Position numbers and translations under genes: made by a program. 64,000 nucleotides of DNA from a virus: the IMG/VR virus record IMGVR_UViG_3300032323_002909, positions 86,462-150,461 of that record. One strand, given 5' to 3'. Each line of letters opens with the position of its first letter. The first letter of the stretch is position 1. Below the pieces are notes generated by a model, which worked only from the letters and a program-made list of their open reading frames with translations, searched no databases and had not been told where the DNA came from. Positions 39,661 through 49,465 of the stretch are shown here, piece after piece.

Positions 39661-42288
39661 ATGCCAAAGATTTCTCAACTTAATTCAGCATTAACACCAT
39701 TATCAGGAAAAGAAGTAATCGTTCTTAACCAGAACGGGGTGACATATAATACTGAATTGGATACGCTCACACAGTTTATCAGTGCTTCTACTAGAATAGG
39801 TGATTTGTCTAGCAATCTAACCAATTTGACAACTTTGGTTAGAGTATCAAGTGGTGATTGGGAGAATACCCATACTACAATGACTTTATTGTCTGGGAAT
39901 TGGCAGAGCACTTACACCACTTTTTCAAGCAATTCGGCTAATTTTGCTGTCAAAAACGCCAATAATTTTTTTACTGCTGATCAAACTTTTTCAACAGGTC
40001 GAATCAACTTGAGCACATTTCCAATACGAGTATTGGCAGATAGTAATATTTCTATTGGTTTAAGCGCAGGTAATCTAACAACAAGTCCTACTAATACCAC
40101 ATTTATAGGTCGTAATGCTGGAAACAATGCGACATCCGTCACAAATTCTAATTTTATAGGTTTAAATGCTGGTCTCTCTGCTACAAATGCTAGCAATTCG
40201 AATTTCTTTGGTAATAATGCTGGAAATCGCGCCACAATTGCCGAAAATTCTAATTTCTTAGGTCGTAATGCTGGTCTCTCTGCTACAAATGCTAATAATT
40301 CTAATTTCTTGGGTCAAAATGCTGGACATGGAGCTACAAATGCTGCTTCTTCTAATTTTTTCGGTAATTGTGCTGGAAATCGAGCTATTAATGCTAATAA
40401 TTCTAATTTCTTAGGTGCTTATGCTGGATTTTGTGCTACAAATGCTTATAATTCTAATTTTTTAGGTCCAGATGCTGGATGTAGAGCTACAAATGCTAAA
40501 CAATCTAATTTTTTAGGTAATAATGCTGGAGAATGCGCTACAAATGCTTGTTATTCTAATTTCCTTGGTAAAAATGCTGGAAACCGTGCTACAAGTGCTG
40601 TTGTTTCCAATTTTATAGGTAATAACGCTGGCTTTTATGCTACAAATTCTAGTAATTCTAATTTTTTTGGTGGAGACACTGGACAATGCGCTACAAATGC
40701 TAGTTATTCTAATTTCTTGGGTAATCAAGCTGGAAAATACGGGACTAATGCTAATAATTCTAATTTCTTTGGTAGAAATGCTGGATATTGCGCTACAAAC
40801 GCTAACAATTCTAATTTCTTAGGTAGAGAAGCTGGATATTGCGCTACAAATGCTTCTTTTTCTAATTTTTTGGGTAATAATGCTGGTCTCTCTGCCAGAA
40901 ATGCTTTTTTTTCTAATTTCTTAGGTAGAAATTCTGGAAATCTCGCTACTTTTTCTTGTTGCTCTAATTTTTTCGGTAGTGCTGCTGGATCTAATGCTAC
41001 GTGCGCCCACAATTCTAATTTTGTGGGTGGGAGTGCTGGATTTGGTGCTACAAATGCTTGTTATTCTAATTTTGTAGGTAAGAATAGTGGAGGATCTGCC
41101 ACAAATGCTAATAATTCTAATTTCTTCGGTGAATCTGCTGGATACAACGCGACTGATGCTAATAATTCTAATTTTTTTGGACAGGAAGCTGGAAACAACG
41201 CGACTGATGCTAATAATTCTAATTTTTTAGGTGGCAGTGCTGGATATCAAGCTACAAATGCTAATAATTCCAATTTTTTAGGTAATAATGCTGGATATTG
41301 CGCTACAAATGCTAATGATTCTAATTTTTTAGGTAACAGTGCTGGATATTGCGCTACATATGCTTCTAATTCTAATTTCTTCGGCAATAATGCTGGATTT
41401 GGTGCTACTAATGCTAATAATTCCAATTTTTTAGGCTCTGGCGCTGGAGGTCACGCTTCTTGTGCTTACTTTTCTAATTTTCTGGGTGAATTCGCTGGAA
41501 ATTCCGCTACAAGTGCTAATAATTCTAATTTTTTTGGTAGTTTTGCTGGATACTTTGCTACAAATGCTAATAATTCCAATTTCTTCGGCGATAATGCTGG
41601 ATTTTGTGCAACCGATGCTAGTCATTCCAATTTCTTCGGTAATTATGCTGGTCTCTCTGCTACAAATGCTTACGATTCCAATTTCTTTGGTAACTGTGCT
41701 GGAGTTGGTGCTTACAATGCCGACATATCTAATTTCTTTGGTAAAAATGCTGGATATTACGCTACAAATGCTACTAGTTCCAATTTCTTCGGTGAAAATG
41801 CTGGTAGAGACGCTACAAATGCTGCTAATTCTAATTTCTTTGGCTATAATGCTGGTAGAGGTGCTGCAAGTGCTAGTCATTCCAATTTCTTAGGTTATAA
41901 CGCTGGACAGCTTGCTACAAATGCTGATAATTCTAATTTCTTTGGTAATAATGCTGGTTGTAATGCTGTAAATGCTTCTTATTCTGTATTCATAGGAGCA
42001 AATGCTGGTAGAGATGCTGGTCAGTCTAATAATTCCGTATTTATTGGTCGAAATTCAAATAATGGAATTAATGCTTGTAATGGAGTAGCTATCGGTGCTT
42101 ACACTCAAGTGGGTAATAGTGGCATTGCTATCGGTCGTGGTGCTTGTAGCCCAAGTAATGAATTATCATTCGGAAGCAACGCTTATCCCGTTGCAACATT
42201 ACCAGGTGGAACGTTTTATAGTTCGTATTGTAGCTTGGTAGTTTTCGTAAATGGCACATGTTTTAAAATACCGCTATTAAGTCCTTAA
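39661..42288 (+). CDS. Repeat-rich fibre/adhesin-like virion protein (beta-solenoid)
   Basis: KISQL fibre-type N-terminus, 17-aa repeats, YadA-head-like AIG motifs, VNG..FKIPL end; TAAATA-N5-ATG. Confidence 0.75.
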   Translation: MPKISQLNSALTPLSGKEVIVLNQNGVTYNTELDTLTQFISASTRIGDLSSNLTNLTTLVRVSSGDWENTHTTMTLLSGNWQSTYTTFSSNSANFAVKNANNFFTADQTFSTGRINLSTFPIRVLADSNISIGLSAGNLTTSPTNTTFIGRNAGNNATSVTNSNFIGLNAGLSATNASNSNFFGNNAGNRATIAENSNFLGRNAGLSATNANNSNFLGQNAGHGATNAASSNFFGNCAGNRAINANNSNFLGAYAGFCATNAYNSNFLGPDAGCRATNAKQSNFLGNNAGECATNACYSNFLGKNAGNRATSAVVSNFIGNNAGFYATNSSNSNFFGGDTGQCATNASYSNFLGNQAGKYGTNANNSNFFGRNAGYCATNANNSNFLGREAGYCATNASFSNFLGNNAGLSARNAFFSNFLGRNSGNLATFSCCSNFFGSAAGSNATCAHNSNFVGGSAGFGATNACYSNFVGKNSGGSATNANNSNFFGESAGYNATDANNSNFFGQEAGNNATDANNSNFLGGSAGYQATNANNSNFLGNNAGYCATNANDSNFLGNSAGYCATYASNSNFFGNNAGFGATNANNSNFLGSGAGGHASCAYFSNFLGEFAGNSATSANNSNFFGSFAGYFATNANNSNFFGDNAGFCATDASHSNFFGNYAGLSATNAYDSNFFGNCAGVGAYNADISNFFGKNAGYYATNATSSNFFGENAGRDATNAANSNFFGYNAGRGAASASHSNFLGYNAGQLATNADNSNFFGNNAGCNAVNASYSVFIGANAGRDAGQSNNSVFIGRNSNNGINACNGVAIGAYTQVGNSGIAIGRGACSPSNELSFGSNAYPVATLPGGTFYSSYCSLVVFVNGTCFKIPLLSP
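40093..42056 (+). repeat. 51-bp (17-aa) coding tandem repeat, 38-39 units
   Basis: Consensus xSNF(F/L)GxxAGxxATNAx, no indels between units. Confidence 0.95.
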
Positions 42289-43070
42289 AATTTATAATTG
42301 ATATCTGCGAATCTATTATAAATAGATCCCAATACTTCTCGACTATCATCAAATTGTGGAACTACTACTGGTCTGATTGTATGTAAATCGGTGAATCCAT
42401 GTTCAGCATCATTTTCAACAGTATATTGTTTCACACTATTGAAATCGTGATTATAATTAGGTTTTCCTAAAAAGTCATATACCCGACTCATTACTAAGTT
42501 TGGTGTTTTAGTTAATTCAGTATAGTCGATAAAGTGAAATTTGTGACGGTGTCCACGAAAAAACGCATCCTGAACACTGTTATAAGTACCTCCTATCAAT
42601 CCGTTAGCCGCCATCCAATTATTGACACGATTTTCTATAGTGTTCATACCATCGCCTCTCATCATAGGACTATCAATATTCTTAATTTCTTTACGATATA
42701 GTTTTTCCATCGATGCTACAATCTGATTGATTGGTCTAACAGTGGTGAGAATTTTAATTTCTTTTTCTAAAGCCAATTCTACAAGCTCGATATTAGCTGC
42801 CCAATTTCTAGATTTATTGAATACTATCGGTCTATCAGTCTCAGCATGATAAGATTGAAATAAATCACGAATAATTTTTAATTGTTTCTTGGAAGTTTCA
42901 GATGCTTTAATAATCGGATTTGTTTTCCAAAATTGATGAATACCTACAATTAATTCGGATAATCCACTTGTTGGTGTTACATGGAAATCAGGATTTTGTG
43001 CCAAAATATTACAAAATAAAGTTGATCCAGAGCGCGGCATACCATTAATAAAGTAGATTTCTTTTTCCAT
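42285..43070 (-). CDS. PAPS-dependent sulfotransferase
   Basis: 5'-PSB loop GMPRSGSTL, KSR.W, 3'-PB motif RP...IVAS, Y.EL...P...M..VYDFLG. Confidence 0.88.
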   Translation of the reverse strand: MEKEIYFINGMPRSGSTLFCNILAQNPDFHVTPTSGLSELIVGIHQFWKTNPIIKASETSKKQLKIIRDLFQSYHAETDRPIVFNKSRNWAANIELVELALEKEIKILTTVRPINQIVASMEKLYRKEIKNIDSPMMRGDGMNTIENRVNNWMAANGLIGGTYNSVQDAFFRGHRHKFHFIDYTELTKTPNLVMSRVYDFLGKPNYNHDFNSVKQYTVENDAEHGFTDLHTIRPVVVPQFDDSREVLGSIYNRFADINYKF

Positions 43071-43076
43071 ACTGTT

Positions 43077-43113
43077 ATTTTAATCTTGATTTTTAAAATT
43101 ACAAGTATATATA
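43077..43113. promoter_or_regulatory. Overlapping divergent promoters of sulfotransferase and GT9-like genes
   Basis: Minus: TTGTAA-N16-TAAAAT-N6-ATG; plus: TTGATT-N16-TATATA-N6-ATG. Confidence 0.5.
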
Positions 43114-43119
43114 TCTGAT

Positions 43120-44007
43120 ATGCAAACAATATTTCATGTAACTGGAGGCTTGGGCAAACATGTTGTTGCTTCAGGCGTGATTAATTCGTATAAATATGCC
43201 AATAATGATGAGGAAATTATAGTATGTAGCGCATATCCAGAAGTCTTTAACAATAACCCAAATGTTGAGAAGTCTTTAGATATAAATAATCTTCAATATT
43301 TTTATAAACAATATATTAGTAATAAAGATGTTAAGATTTTTGCGCAGGAACCATATAAACAAGAGTCACATATCCTCAAACGTAAAAGTTTGATCGAAAC
43401 TTGGTGTGAAATGGTTGGGGTTAAATACCATAAAAAACCATCTATAAGTATTAATTTTAGGGAAAGGGAACTTGTTTCTCGTCGAATGTCATCGAATAAA
43501 CCCGTTCTCATTTTTCAACCTTTCGGGGGTAATAATAACACACTGCCTTATAATTGGGCAAGAGATATTCATCCGACGATTGCACAGTCGATTGTTAATA
43601 TGTTGACTGACAAATATAACATCATTTACATTTGCAATCCTTATCACCCTGCATTGGATAATTGCCAAAGGATTGATGAAAAACTTAGTTTAGCATCATT
43701 GGCATCATTGGTGGAACTTTCAAGTGAGAGATTTTTAATCGACTCATCTATTCAACATATTGCATTCGCATTGAATAAACCATCAACGGTTATTTGGAAT
43801 GTTACTTCACCTATTCAATTTGGTTATAATGACCTACACAATAACATTGTTAGTCCTATCGATTACAGTGGGGGTCATCGTAAATCATATTTGTTTGATT
43901 TTGAAATAGGTGGTATACCATCCGAATGTCCAGTTGCTGACTATACTGATATGTATAATATGGAAGAAATCTTTTCTACGATAAAAACATTGATGAATGA
44001 TAAATAA
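43120..44007 (+). CDS. Glycosyltransferase, GT9 (heptosyltransferase)-like
   Basis: GGLGK, YPEVFNNNPNV, DSSIQHIAFALNKPSTVIW, FGY. Confidence 0.8.
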   Translation: MQTIFHVTGGLGKHVVASGVINSYKYANNDEEIIVCSAYPEVFNNNPNVEKSLDINNLQYFYKQYISNKDVKIFAQEPYKQESHILKRKSLIETWCEMVGVKYHKKPSISINFRERELVSRRMSSNKPVLIFQPFGGNNNTLPYNWARDIHPTIAQSIVNMLTDKYNIIYICNPYHPALDNCQRIDEKLSLASLASLVELSSERFLIDSSIQHIAFALNKPSTVIWNVTSPIQFGYNDLHNNIVSPIDYSGGHRKSYLFDFEIGGIPSECPVADYTDMYNMEEIFSTIKTLMNDK

Positions 44008-44011
44008 TAAT

Positions 44012-44392
44012 ATGGCTATATTAACAGATAATAAACTTAACCAAACTCCGACTCAAACGCCAGAGCAACTTGAGACGCTCAAAAACATGCGGTTAAAGAC
44101 GACGAAAAACCATATTCTTGAACTTACTCGCGAAACGTTTAATCGTTTGGTGAATATTCAACGCAAAGGTATTGATATGGTTTGGAATAACCCAAATCTG
44201 ACACCTCAAGAAATTGTTGATGCTCTTGGTAATGACGCTGTTAAAGTGTTTGAATTTCATGGTAATCTCACTACGTTTATTCAACAATTAGCAACATCTG
44301 CTAATGTCGCGGTAGATTTGAAAACTCCTACTAACGCATTTAGTGTTGTGAGTGGGAACATTGTCGTTAGTAATAACCCATACCAAGCATAA
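44012..44392 (+). CDS. Hypothetical late protein
   Basis: TAAATA 44001-44006 then N5-ATG; VWNNPNLTPQEI.DALG. Confidence 0.65.
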   Translation: MAILTDNKLNQTPTQTPEQLETLKNMRLKTTKNHILELTRETFNRLVNIQRKGIDMVWNNPNLTPQEIVDALGNDAVKVFEFHGNLTTFIQQLATSANVAVDLKTPTNAFSVVSGNIVVSNNPYQA

Positions 44393-44394
44393 TT

Positions 44395-45387
44395 ATGAAG
44401 AAAAATCCAAGTTTAGGTGATATTTACGGTGATATTCTGAGAAACGTTAAGGTCGTCAAAGAAAATGCTCAAGAAAACATCAATAAGTCGAAAAAAATTC
44501 CTAAAATGTCTAACAATGCATTCACGGATACTAATTCTTTGACTAAAGGTGGTCCAGAAGCTGCCGATGGCTTTCACAAAGCGTTAAACGATGATCATTG
44601 TGATTGTGATGAAGATAATGAAGAACGTCACGAAAAAAAATATAATAGAATCGAAGAATTAGAAAAACAATTAAATGATCCTTCAATTTCTAATGAAAAA
44701 AAATCCAAAATTCGTAATGTTATCGATAATATGAAGAGAGACATTCAACGCGAAGAAGCGGAAGAAGATTTTATTAAAGAATCCAAAAAAATTACAACAA
44801 ATAGACTAAATACTTTTATGATGAAAAAATCTACATTTGATAAATTGTTTGAATCTGTGATGGGTGGTGACTTCGGTCAAGACGAAGAATCCAAAGATGC
44901 CATGGCTTTAGGTCTTGGCGATGCTCCAACTGATGATGAGTTCGGTGATGATGAAATGGGCGAAGAAGGCGATCAAATTACCGTGACACTCGACCGTTCG
45001 GTAGCTCGTCAACTCTGCGACATGCTTCAAGCTGCTATGGGTGATGACGAAGGCGAAGACGATGGTTTAGATTTCGGCGACATGGGCGACGATGAAATGG
45101 GCGACGATGAGATGGATGAAGAAGGTTATGATGATGAAGAAGGTGATGATGAAGAGGATAACGAAGAAACTGTCTCCAGCACCAATAAATCTTCGCTTCA
45201 AAGCCACAACAATAAAGTGAATGGTCGTCCACAACCTAAAGGTGGTAGCACCAAAGTTGTTGGAACCACTGACAAAGTAGGTAACGATGGTGATCACGGT
45301 CATGCTATCCATAGTGGTAAACAACCAAATATGGGCAAACAAAACAAAGTATCGGATTTACGACAAGCGGAAGACTTTTTCCGCTGA
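44395..45387 (+). CDS. Acidic prohead core/scaffold-like protein
   Basis: Extremely D/E-rich, several (I/L/V)xE sites, next to neck and terminase genes. Confidence 0.55.
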   Translation: MKKNPSLGDIYGDILRNVKVVKENAQENINKSKKIPKMSNNAFTDTNSLTKGGPEAADGFHKALNDDHCDCDEDNEERHEKKYNRIEELEKQLNDPSISNEKKSKIRNVIDNMKRDIQREEAEEDFIKESKKITTNRLNTFMMKKSTFDKLFESVMGGDFGQDEESKDAMALGLGDAPTDDEFGDDEMGEEGDQITVTLDRSVARQLCDMLQAAMGDDEGEDDGLDFGDMGDDEMGDDEMDEEGYDDEEGDDEEDNEETVSSTNKSSLQSHNNKVNGRPQPKGGSTKVVGTTDKVGNDGDHGHAIHSGKQPNMGKQNKVSDLRQAEDFFR

Positions 45388-45411
45388 ACTAAAAAATAAA
45401 AAAACACTAAG

Positions 45412-45441
45412 AAAAGGGGATCGTTCTGATCCCCTTTTTTT
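45412..45441. terminator. Bidirectional intrinsic terminator
   Basis: AAAAGGGGATC-GTTCT-GATCCCCTTTTTTT. Confidence 0.9.
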
Positions 45442-45454
45442 GTTAAGTAATATC

Positions 45455-46240
45455 ATGCAATCGTTCTCGCAATTTTTCGAATCAAAATTGAAAAAATCGT
45501 CTATATCAAATGATGAACCTTATGAAGTTTATGATAAACACACGGGTGATATTATTTGGCGTGGCACATATGGCAAAAAACACATTGCTACAAGAATTAT
45601 TGATAAAAAAAATAATGAATATGGTGGTTATAGGTATTTTGGTAGACTTGTCAAAAAACCGTTATTGGAATATCGCCACAAAGATGCATTCGGTGGTATA
45701 AAGCAGAGTATCCATCCTGATAACAAAAAAGGTTCAAATTTGACTATAGATCCATCATCGAGAAAAATACCGTGGGTTAAAGGACCATATAAAAAAGAAA
45801 GAAAACAAGGTGAAATACTTATAGGTAAAGAGCTAGATAGAGAATTGGGTTCTTTAAACGGTGTGGAATTTGAAGAAGGTAAAGAAATAAAACGTAAAAA
45901 TTCTAATCAAATTTTAAAATTATTTATTAATGCACATGGTCAACCATGTGGTAGAATAATAGAGAAGCCTATGAATGAAAATTACGATAATAAACCATAC
46001 CCAACTCCCAAGTTGATAAAAATCGCATGGAAAAACCGTAAATGGTTTGCTGATAAAGGAGAGTTGGGGCAATATATGTTAAATGCTAAGAATGCGGAAG
46101 AATTTAAAACTAGATTGGTTTGGTTGAGTGAAGGTTCTTTGCGATATTATATGACAATGTTTGAGTCTCCCTATAAATATGGGGGTATGCCAGATGAACA
46201 CGAATTATATATAGAATTTGCTAACCAATTACCGATATAA
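45455..46240 (+). CDS. Basic multi-module late protein with putative head-targeting N-terminus
   Basis: TAAGTA-N5-ATG after terminator; MQSFSQFFE|S resembles T4 MKTYQEFIAE. Confidence 0.65.
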   Translation: MQSFSQFFESKLKKSSISNDEPYEVYDKHTGDIIWRGTYGKKHIATRIIDKKNNEYGGYRYFGRLVKKPLLEYRHKDAFGGIKQSIHPDNKKGSNLTIDPSSRKIPWVKGPYKKERKQGEILIGKELDRELGSLNGVEFEEGKEIKRKNSNQILKLFINAHGQPCGRIIEKPMNENYDNKPYPTPKLIKIAWKNRKWFADKGELGQYMLNAKNAEEFKTRLVWLSEGSLRYYMTMFESPYKYGGMPDEHELYIEFANQLPI

Positions 46241-46242
46241 TT

Positions 46243-47028
46243 ATGGGCTGTCCTACAATACCTTTGTCTTGTCTTACTCCTGAAAATATTTTTGCTGGAG
46301 TTTATCGACCTAATTGTGGTGGATTTGCCGATCCATCGAACTTTCAAGCTGAAAGAACTATATTTAGCAGTGGTTTCGGTGAACTTATAAACAATTATGG
46401 TGTAGAGATTGGTTACATGGTCAATACATTTGAACCAAGCGAAATGAATGCAATATACGGTGAACATAGCACTATGTATTGGTTGAGTGCTGTTGACATC
46501 AAAGCTTATCCACTGATAGAAAATGGATCTCCTATTTATGGTATAGCAGGAATGGATTCTCCTGATACAATAACATTGTATGTTTATATAAAAGATTTTA
46601 TAGATAAATTTAAAAACTACCCATATTTTGCAAATCATCCTGTAGAACCAAAGTCTCAAGATAAAATTATTCTTTATCCATTTGGGTGTGATAGACCTAA
46701 CGGTAGAAGTGCTAAGATATTTGAAGTTACTGAAGCACTGGATGAAGATGTTTCAGAATTGAACCCTGCCATGGGTCATTATGTTTGGAGAATTAAAGGC
46801 GTTCGCAGTGAACACAACTTCACCACTAACGAACCTAGAGAAGCTTTCAATCAACAAATTTCTGATAGTTCATACTTTGGTAAGTTATCATCAGTTTTAT
46901 TCCCCGAATTATCATCTAATATTTCAGATAATAAAATATACACTGAAAATTCCGATGATGTTGTTCAAAGAGATATTTTCCCACCAACAACTGCTAATAA
47001 TAGCAGTGTTTATGGTAATTATTTCTAA
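46243..47028 (+). CDS. 14: Neck/head-completion protein, T4 gp14-like
   Basis: ELINNYG.E..Y, IYGE, P...D.I..P, IFEVTE pattern; upstream of terminase. Confidence 0.65.
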   Translation: MGCPTIPLSCLTPENIFAGVYRPNCGGFADPSNFQAERTIFSSGFGELINNYGVEIGYMVNTFEPSEMNAIYGEHSTMYWLSAVDIKAYPLIENGSPIYGIAGMDSPDTITLYVYIKDFIDKFKNYPYFANHPVEPKSQDKIILYPFGCDRPNGRSAKIFEVTEALDEDVSELNPAMGHYVWRIKGVRSEHNFTTNEPREAFNQQISDSSYFGKLSSVLFPELSSNISDNKIYTENSDDVVQRDIFPPTTANNSSVYGNYF

Positions 47029-47037
47029 ATATTGATT

Positions 47038-48813
47038 ATGGCTGCAAAAGTTAAAAATAAATCATACATGGGTAATACTAATTTACCCAGCGCCAATTCT
47101 TCTTTTGAGTATACCCCAGAAATGGTGGTTGAAATAGAAAAATGCAAAACTGACATTATTCATTTCGCATCGAATTATTTTTATATTATTGACCCTGACA
47201 GCGATGTCGGTAAAGTTTGTATCAATTTATATGATTTTCAAAAGAGAGTGCTCGGGGGAATATTCAAGCATCGATTTAACTGTCTTTTATCTCCCCGACA
47301 AGCAAGTAAATCGACAATGATGACCATTGCTGCGCTCCACGAAGCATGTTTCAAGCCTTATAAAAGTATTATTATTGTAGCAAACAAAGAAGCAACGGCT
47401 ATCGAGATCTTTAGAAGGGTGCGATTAGCATATGAAGAGTTGCCAAACTGGTTAAAACCAGGTGTTGAAGAATATGGTAAGACTGGTTGTGTATTTGACA
47501 ATGGTAGTAGGATTAGTATATCAACCACTACTGGCAGTGCTATTCGGGGAACATCGCTCAACATGTTGATTATTGACGAGTTGGCGTTCTTGGAGGAACA
47601 CGTTGTCGATGAGTTTTGGAAATCAGTTTATCCTACTATTTCAAGATCTAGAACATCCAAAATTATAATCGCGTCTACTCCCAACGGTACAGGTAATTTA
47701 TTTCATAAAATATATACTGGAGCAGAACGTGGTGAAAACGGTTTTAATCCACTACGTATCGAATGGGACGAAATTCCAGGTCGTGACGAAACATGGAAAG
47801 CCCAACAAATTAAAGCATTAGGCTCCTACGAAGCGTTTCAACAAGAATTCGGTAATATGTTTTTGGATAACAGTCAGCAATCGATTGATGACGAGTTATT
47901 TGAAAAATTAAAACAAGAATGTTCCCAACCTTTACATATTTTTAAAGATGGTGATTATAAAGTTTGGGAGGAATACGATTCAAATAAGATATATGCTATT
48001 GGGGGTGACGTTTCTGAAGGTGTTGGATTAGATGCATCTGTTCTAGAGATATTTGACATCACAAATCCTAAAGAAATGATTCAAGTTGCGGAATACCACA
48101 ATAATAAGATTGGACCTTCTGAATTTACTAATATAATTGCTGAAATCTGTTCACATTGGGGAAATCCTCTTCTTTTAATTGAAAGGAACAATCAAGGAAC
48201 AGGTGTTTGTGACAGATTATCCAATGAATTTATGTATCAGAATTTAGTTTCTTGGGGTGCTAAAGAGGCACACAAGAATAAACAAAATGGTATGATATCA
48301 CATATCAATACGAAATACAAAGCGGTGTTGAATATGCGATATTTTGTTAATGAAACGAAATCTGTTTATTTCCGATCACTTGATTGTTTAAAAGAGTTTA
48401 AAAATTTCATACGTTACTCAAATGGCTCGTGGAAAGCAAAAACGGGTGAACATGACGATAGAGTAATGGCAACAGTATGGGCTTTGATGTCTTTATATAA
48501 AGAAATTACTGAAATGTATTTCGACATCAAGGAATTGGACGATTGCGACAAACCCTTAAAAATAGAACCGTTTGATATTGGTTCATATAGAACCAGAACA
48601 TCGACTTCTATATATAATAATGAAGAAATTGAAAAAATTGAAAATTCCAATTTAGCACCATTATTGTTTGGTGGTATGGGTAGTGAAATGATGAATGATT
48701 TAGCAGAGTTAGAAGCTGCTGGATGGGTAATACCACAAGAATCTATTTATTCAAATAAAGAAAAAGATATCTCTTATGAACAATGGCAAACAATAGATAA
48801 ATATTTCAATTAA
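47038..48813 (+). CDS. 17: Terminase large subunit, T4 gp17-like
   Basis: YMGN.NL, PRQASKS, IIDELAF, STPNG, F.QEF, GGDVSEG, IERN, HDDRVMA. Confidence 0.96.
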   Translation: MAAKVKNKSYMGNTNLPSANSSFEYTPEMVVEIEKCKTDIIHFASNYFYIIDPDSDVGKVCINLYDFQKRVLGGIFKHRFNCLLSPRQASKSTMMTIAALHEACFKPYKSIIIVANKEATAIEIFRRVRLAYEELPNWLKPGVEEYGKTGCVFDNGSRISISTTTGSAIRGTSLNMLIIDELAFLEEHVVDEFWKSVYPTISRSRTSKIIIASTPNGTGNLFHKIYTGAERGENGFNPLRIEWDEIPGRDETWKAQQIKALGSYEAFQQEFGNMFLDNSQQSIDDELFEKLKQECSQPLHIFKDGDYKVWEEYDSNKIYAIGGDVSEGVGLDASVLEIFDITNPKEMIQVAEYHNNKIGPSEFTNIIAEICSHWGNPLLLIERNNQGTGVCDRLSNEFMYQNLVSWGAKEAHKNKQNGMISHINTKYKAVLNMRYFVNETKSVYFRSLDCLKEFKNFIRYSNGSWKAKTGEHDDRVMATVWALMSLYKEITEMYFDIKELDDCDKPLKIEPFDIGSYRTRTSTSIYNNEEIEKIENSNLAPLLFGGMGSEMMNDLAELEAAGWVIPQESIYSNKEKDISYEQWQTIDKYFN

Positions 48814-48822
48814 ATAATTATA

Positions 48823-49431
48823 ATGCCTGATCAAATTCAACAGTCTTATCTAAACAAAGCGAGAAAAGATAAATTTCTTCTCGTGTTTGACATACCACCA
48901 ATTTTAAAGACAATACAATCTAATTATACTAGAGGAGATTCTACTATTATTCCAGATAGTGTACAATTTAGCGTATTTGGAACAATGGTTCCTGGTGTTG
49001 CGGTTAAGGGAGTCGCCACTCGATATGTGGGCGATACCCTATATGTATCATCACACACTAAAGATCCTTATCCACCTGTAAATGTCAAATTTATAGTTGA
49101 TAGTGGTTATAATAATTATTGGACGGTTTATCAGTGGTTGAACTTGTTACACGATCAAAAGACTGGACAATATAACGCACAAAATTTGCAAGGTTTGAAA
49201 TGTAGTCACAATGATTATCAAACTGACATATCAGTGTATGGTCTTGATGAATATGATAATAAAGTTATAGAATTTAAATATACTAAATGTTTCCCAACTA
49301 GTTTGGATGAGATAACATTCGACGCTAAAACTACTGGAGAAATGGAATTAGAATCTGGTTTTACTTTCTTATTTTCCCAAATGCATATAAAATTATTGGG
49401 TTGTGACCGAACATATCAAACGTTGACTTGA
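48823..49431 (+). CDS. 3: Tail completion/tube terminator, T4 gp3-like
   Basis: FIVD....NY..VYQWL and CFPTSL..I.F motifs. Confidence 0.7.
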   Translation: MPDQIQQSYLNKARKDKFLLVFDIPPILKTIQSNYTRGDSTIIPDSVQFSVFGTMVPGVAVKGVATRYVGDTLYVSSHTKDPYPPVNVKFIVDSGYNNYWTVYQWLNLLHDQKTGQYNAQNLQGLKCSHNDYQTDISVYGLDEYDNKVIEFKYTKCFPTSLDEITFDAKTTGEMELESGFTFLFSQMHIKLLGCDRTYQTLT

Positions 49432-49465
49432 TGAAAAAAAATATAGAATTTCACTAAATAATTAT

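Noticed and set aside
40093-42056. CRISPR-like regular repeats
   Set aside because: Repeats are in-frame coding units with synonymous variation and no unique spacers; no cas genes
45287-45454. Upstream extension of the 317-aa ORF
   Set aside because: Crosses the previous gene end and a strong terminator; start at 45455 has a late box and tag
4093-48813. Inteins or introns in polymerase, helicase, UvsX or terminase
   Set aside because: Lengths are normal and motifs are contiguous
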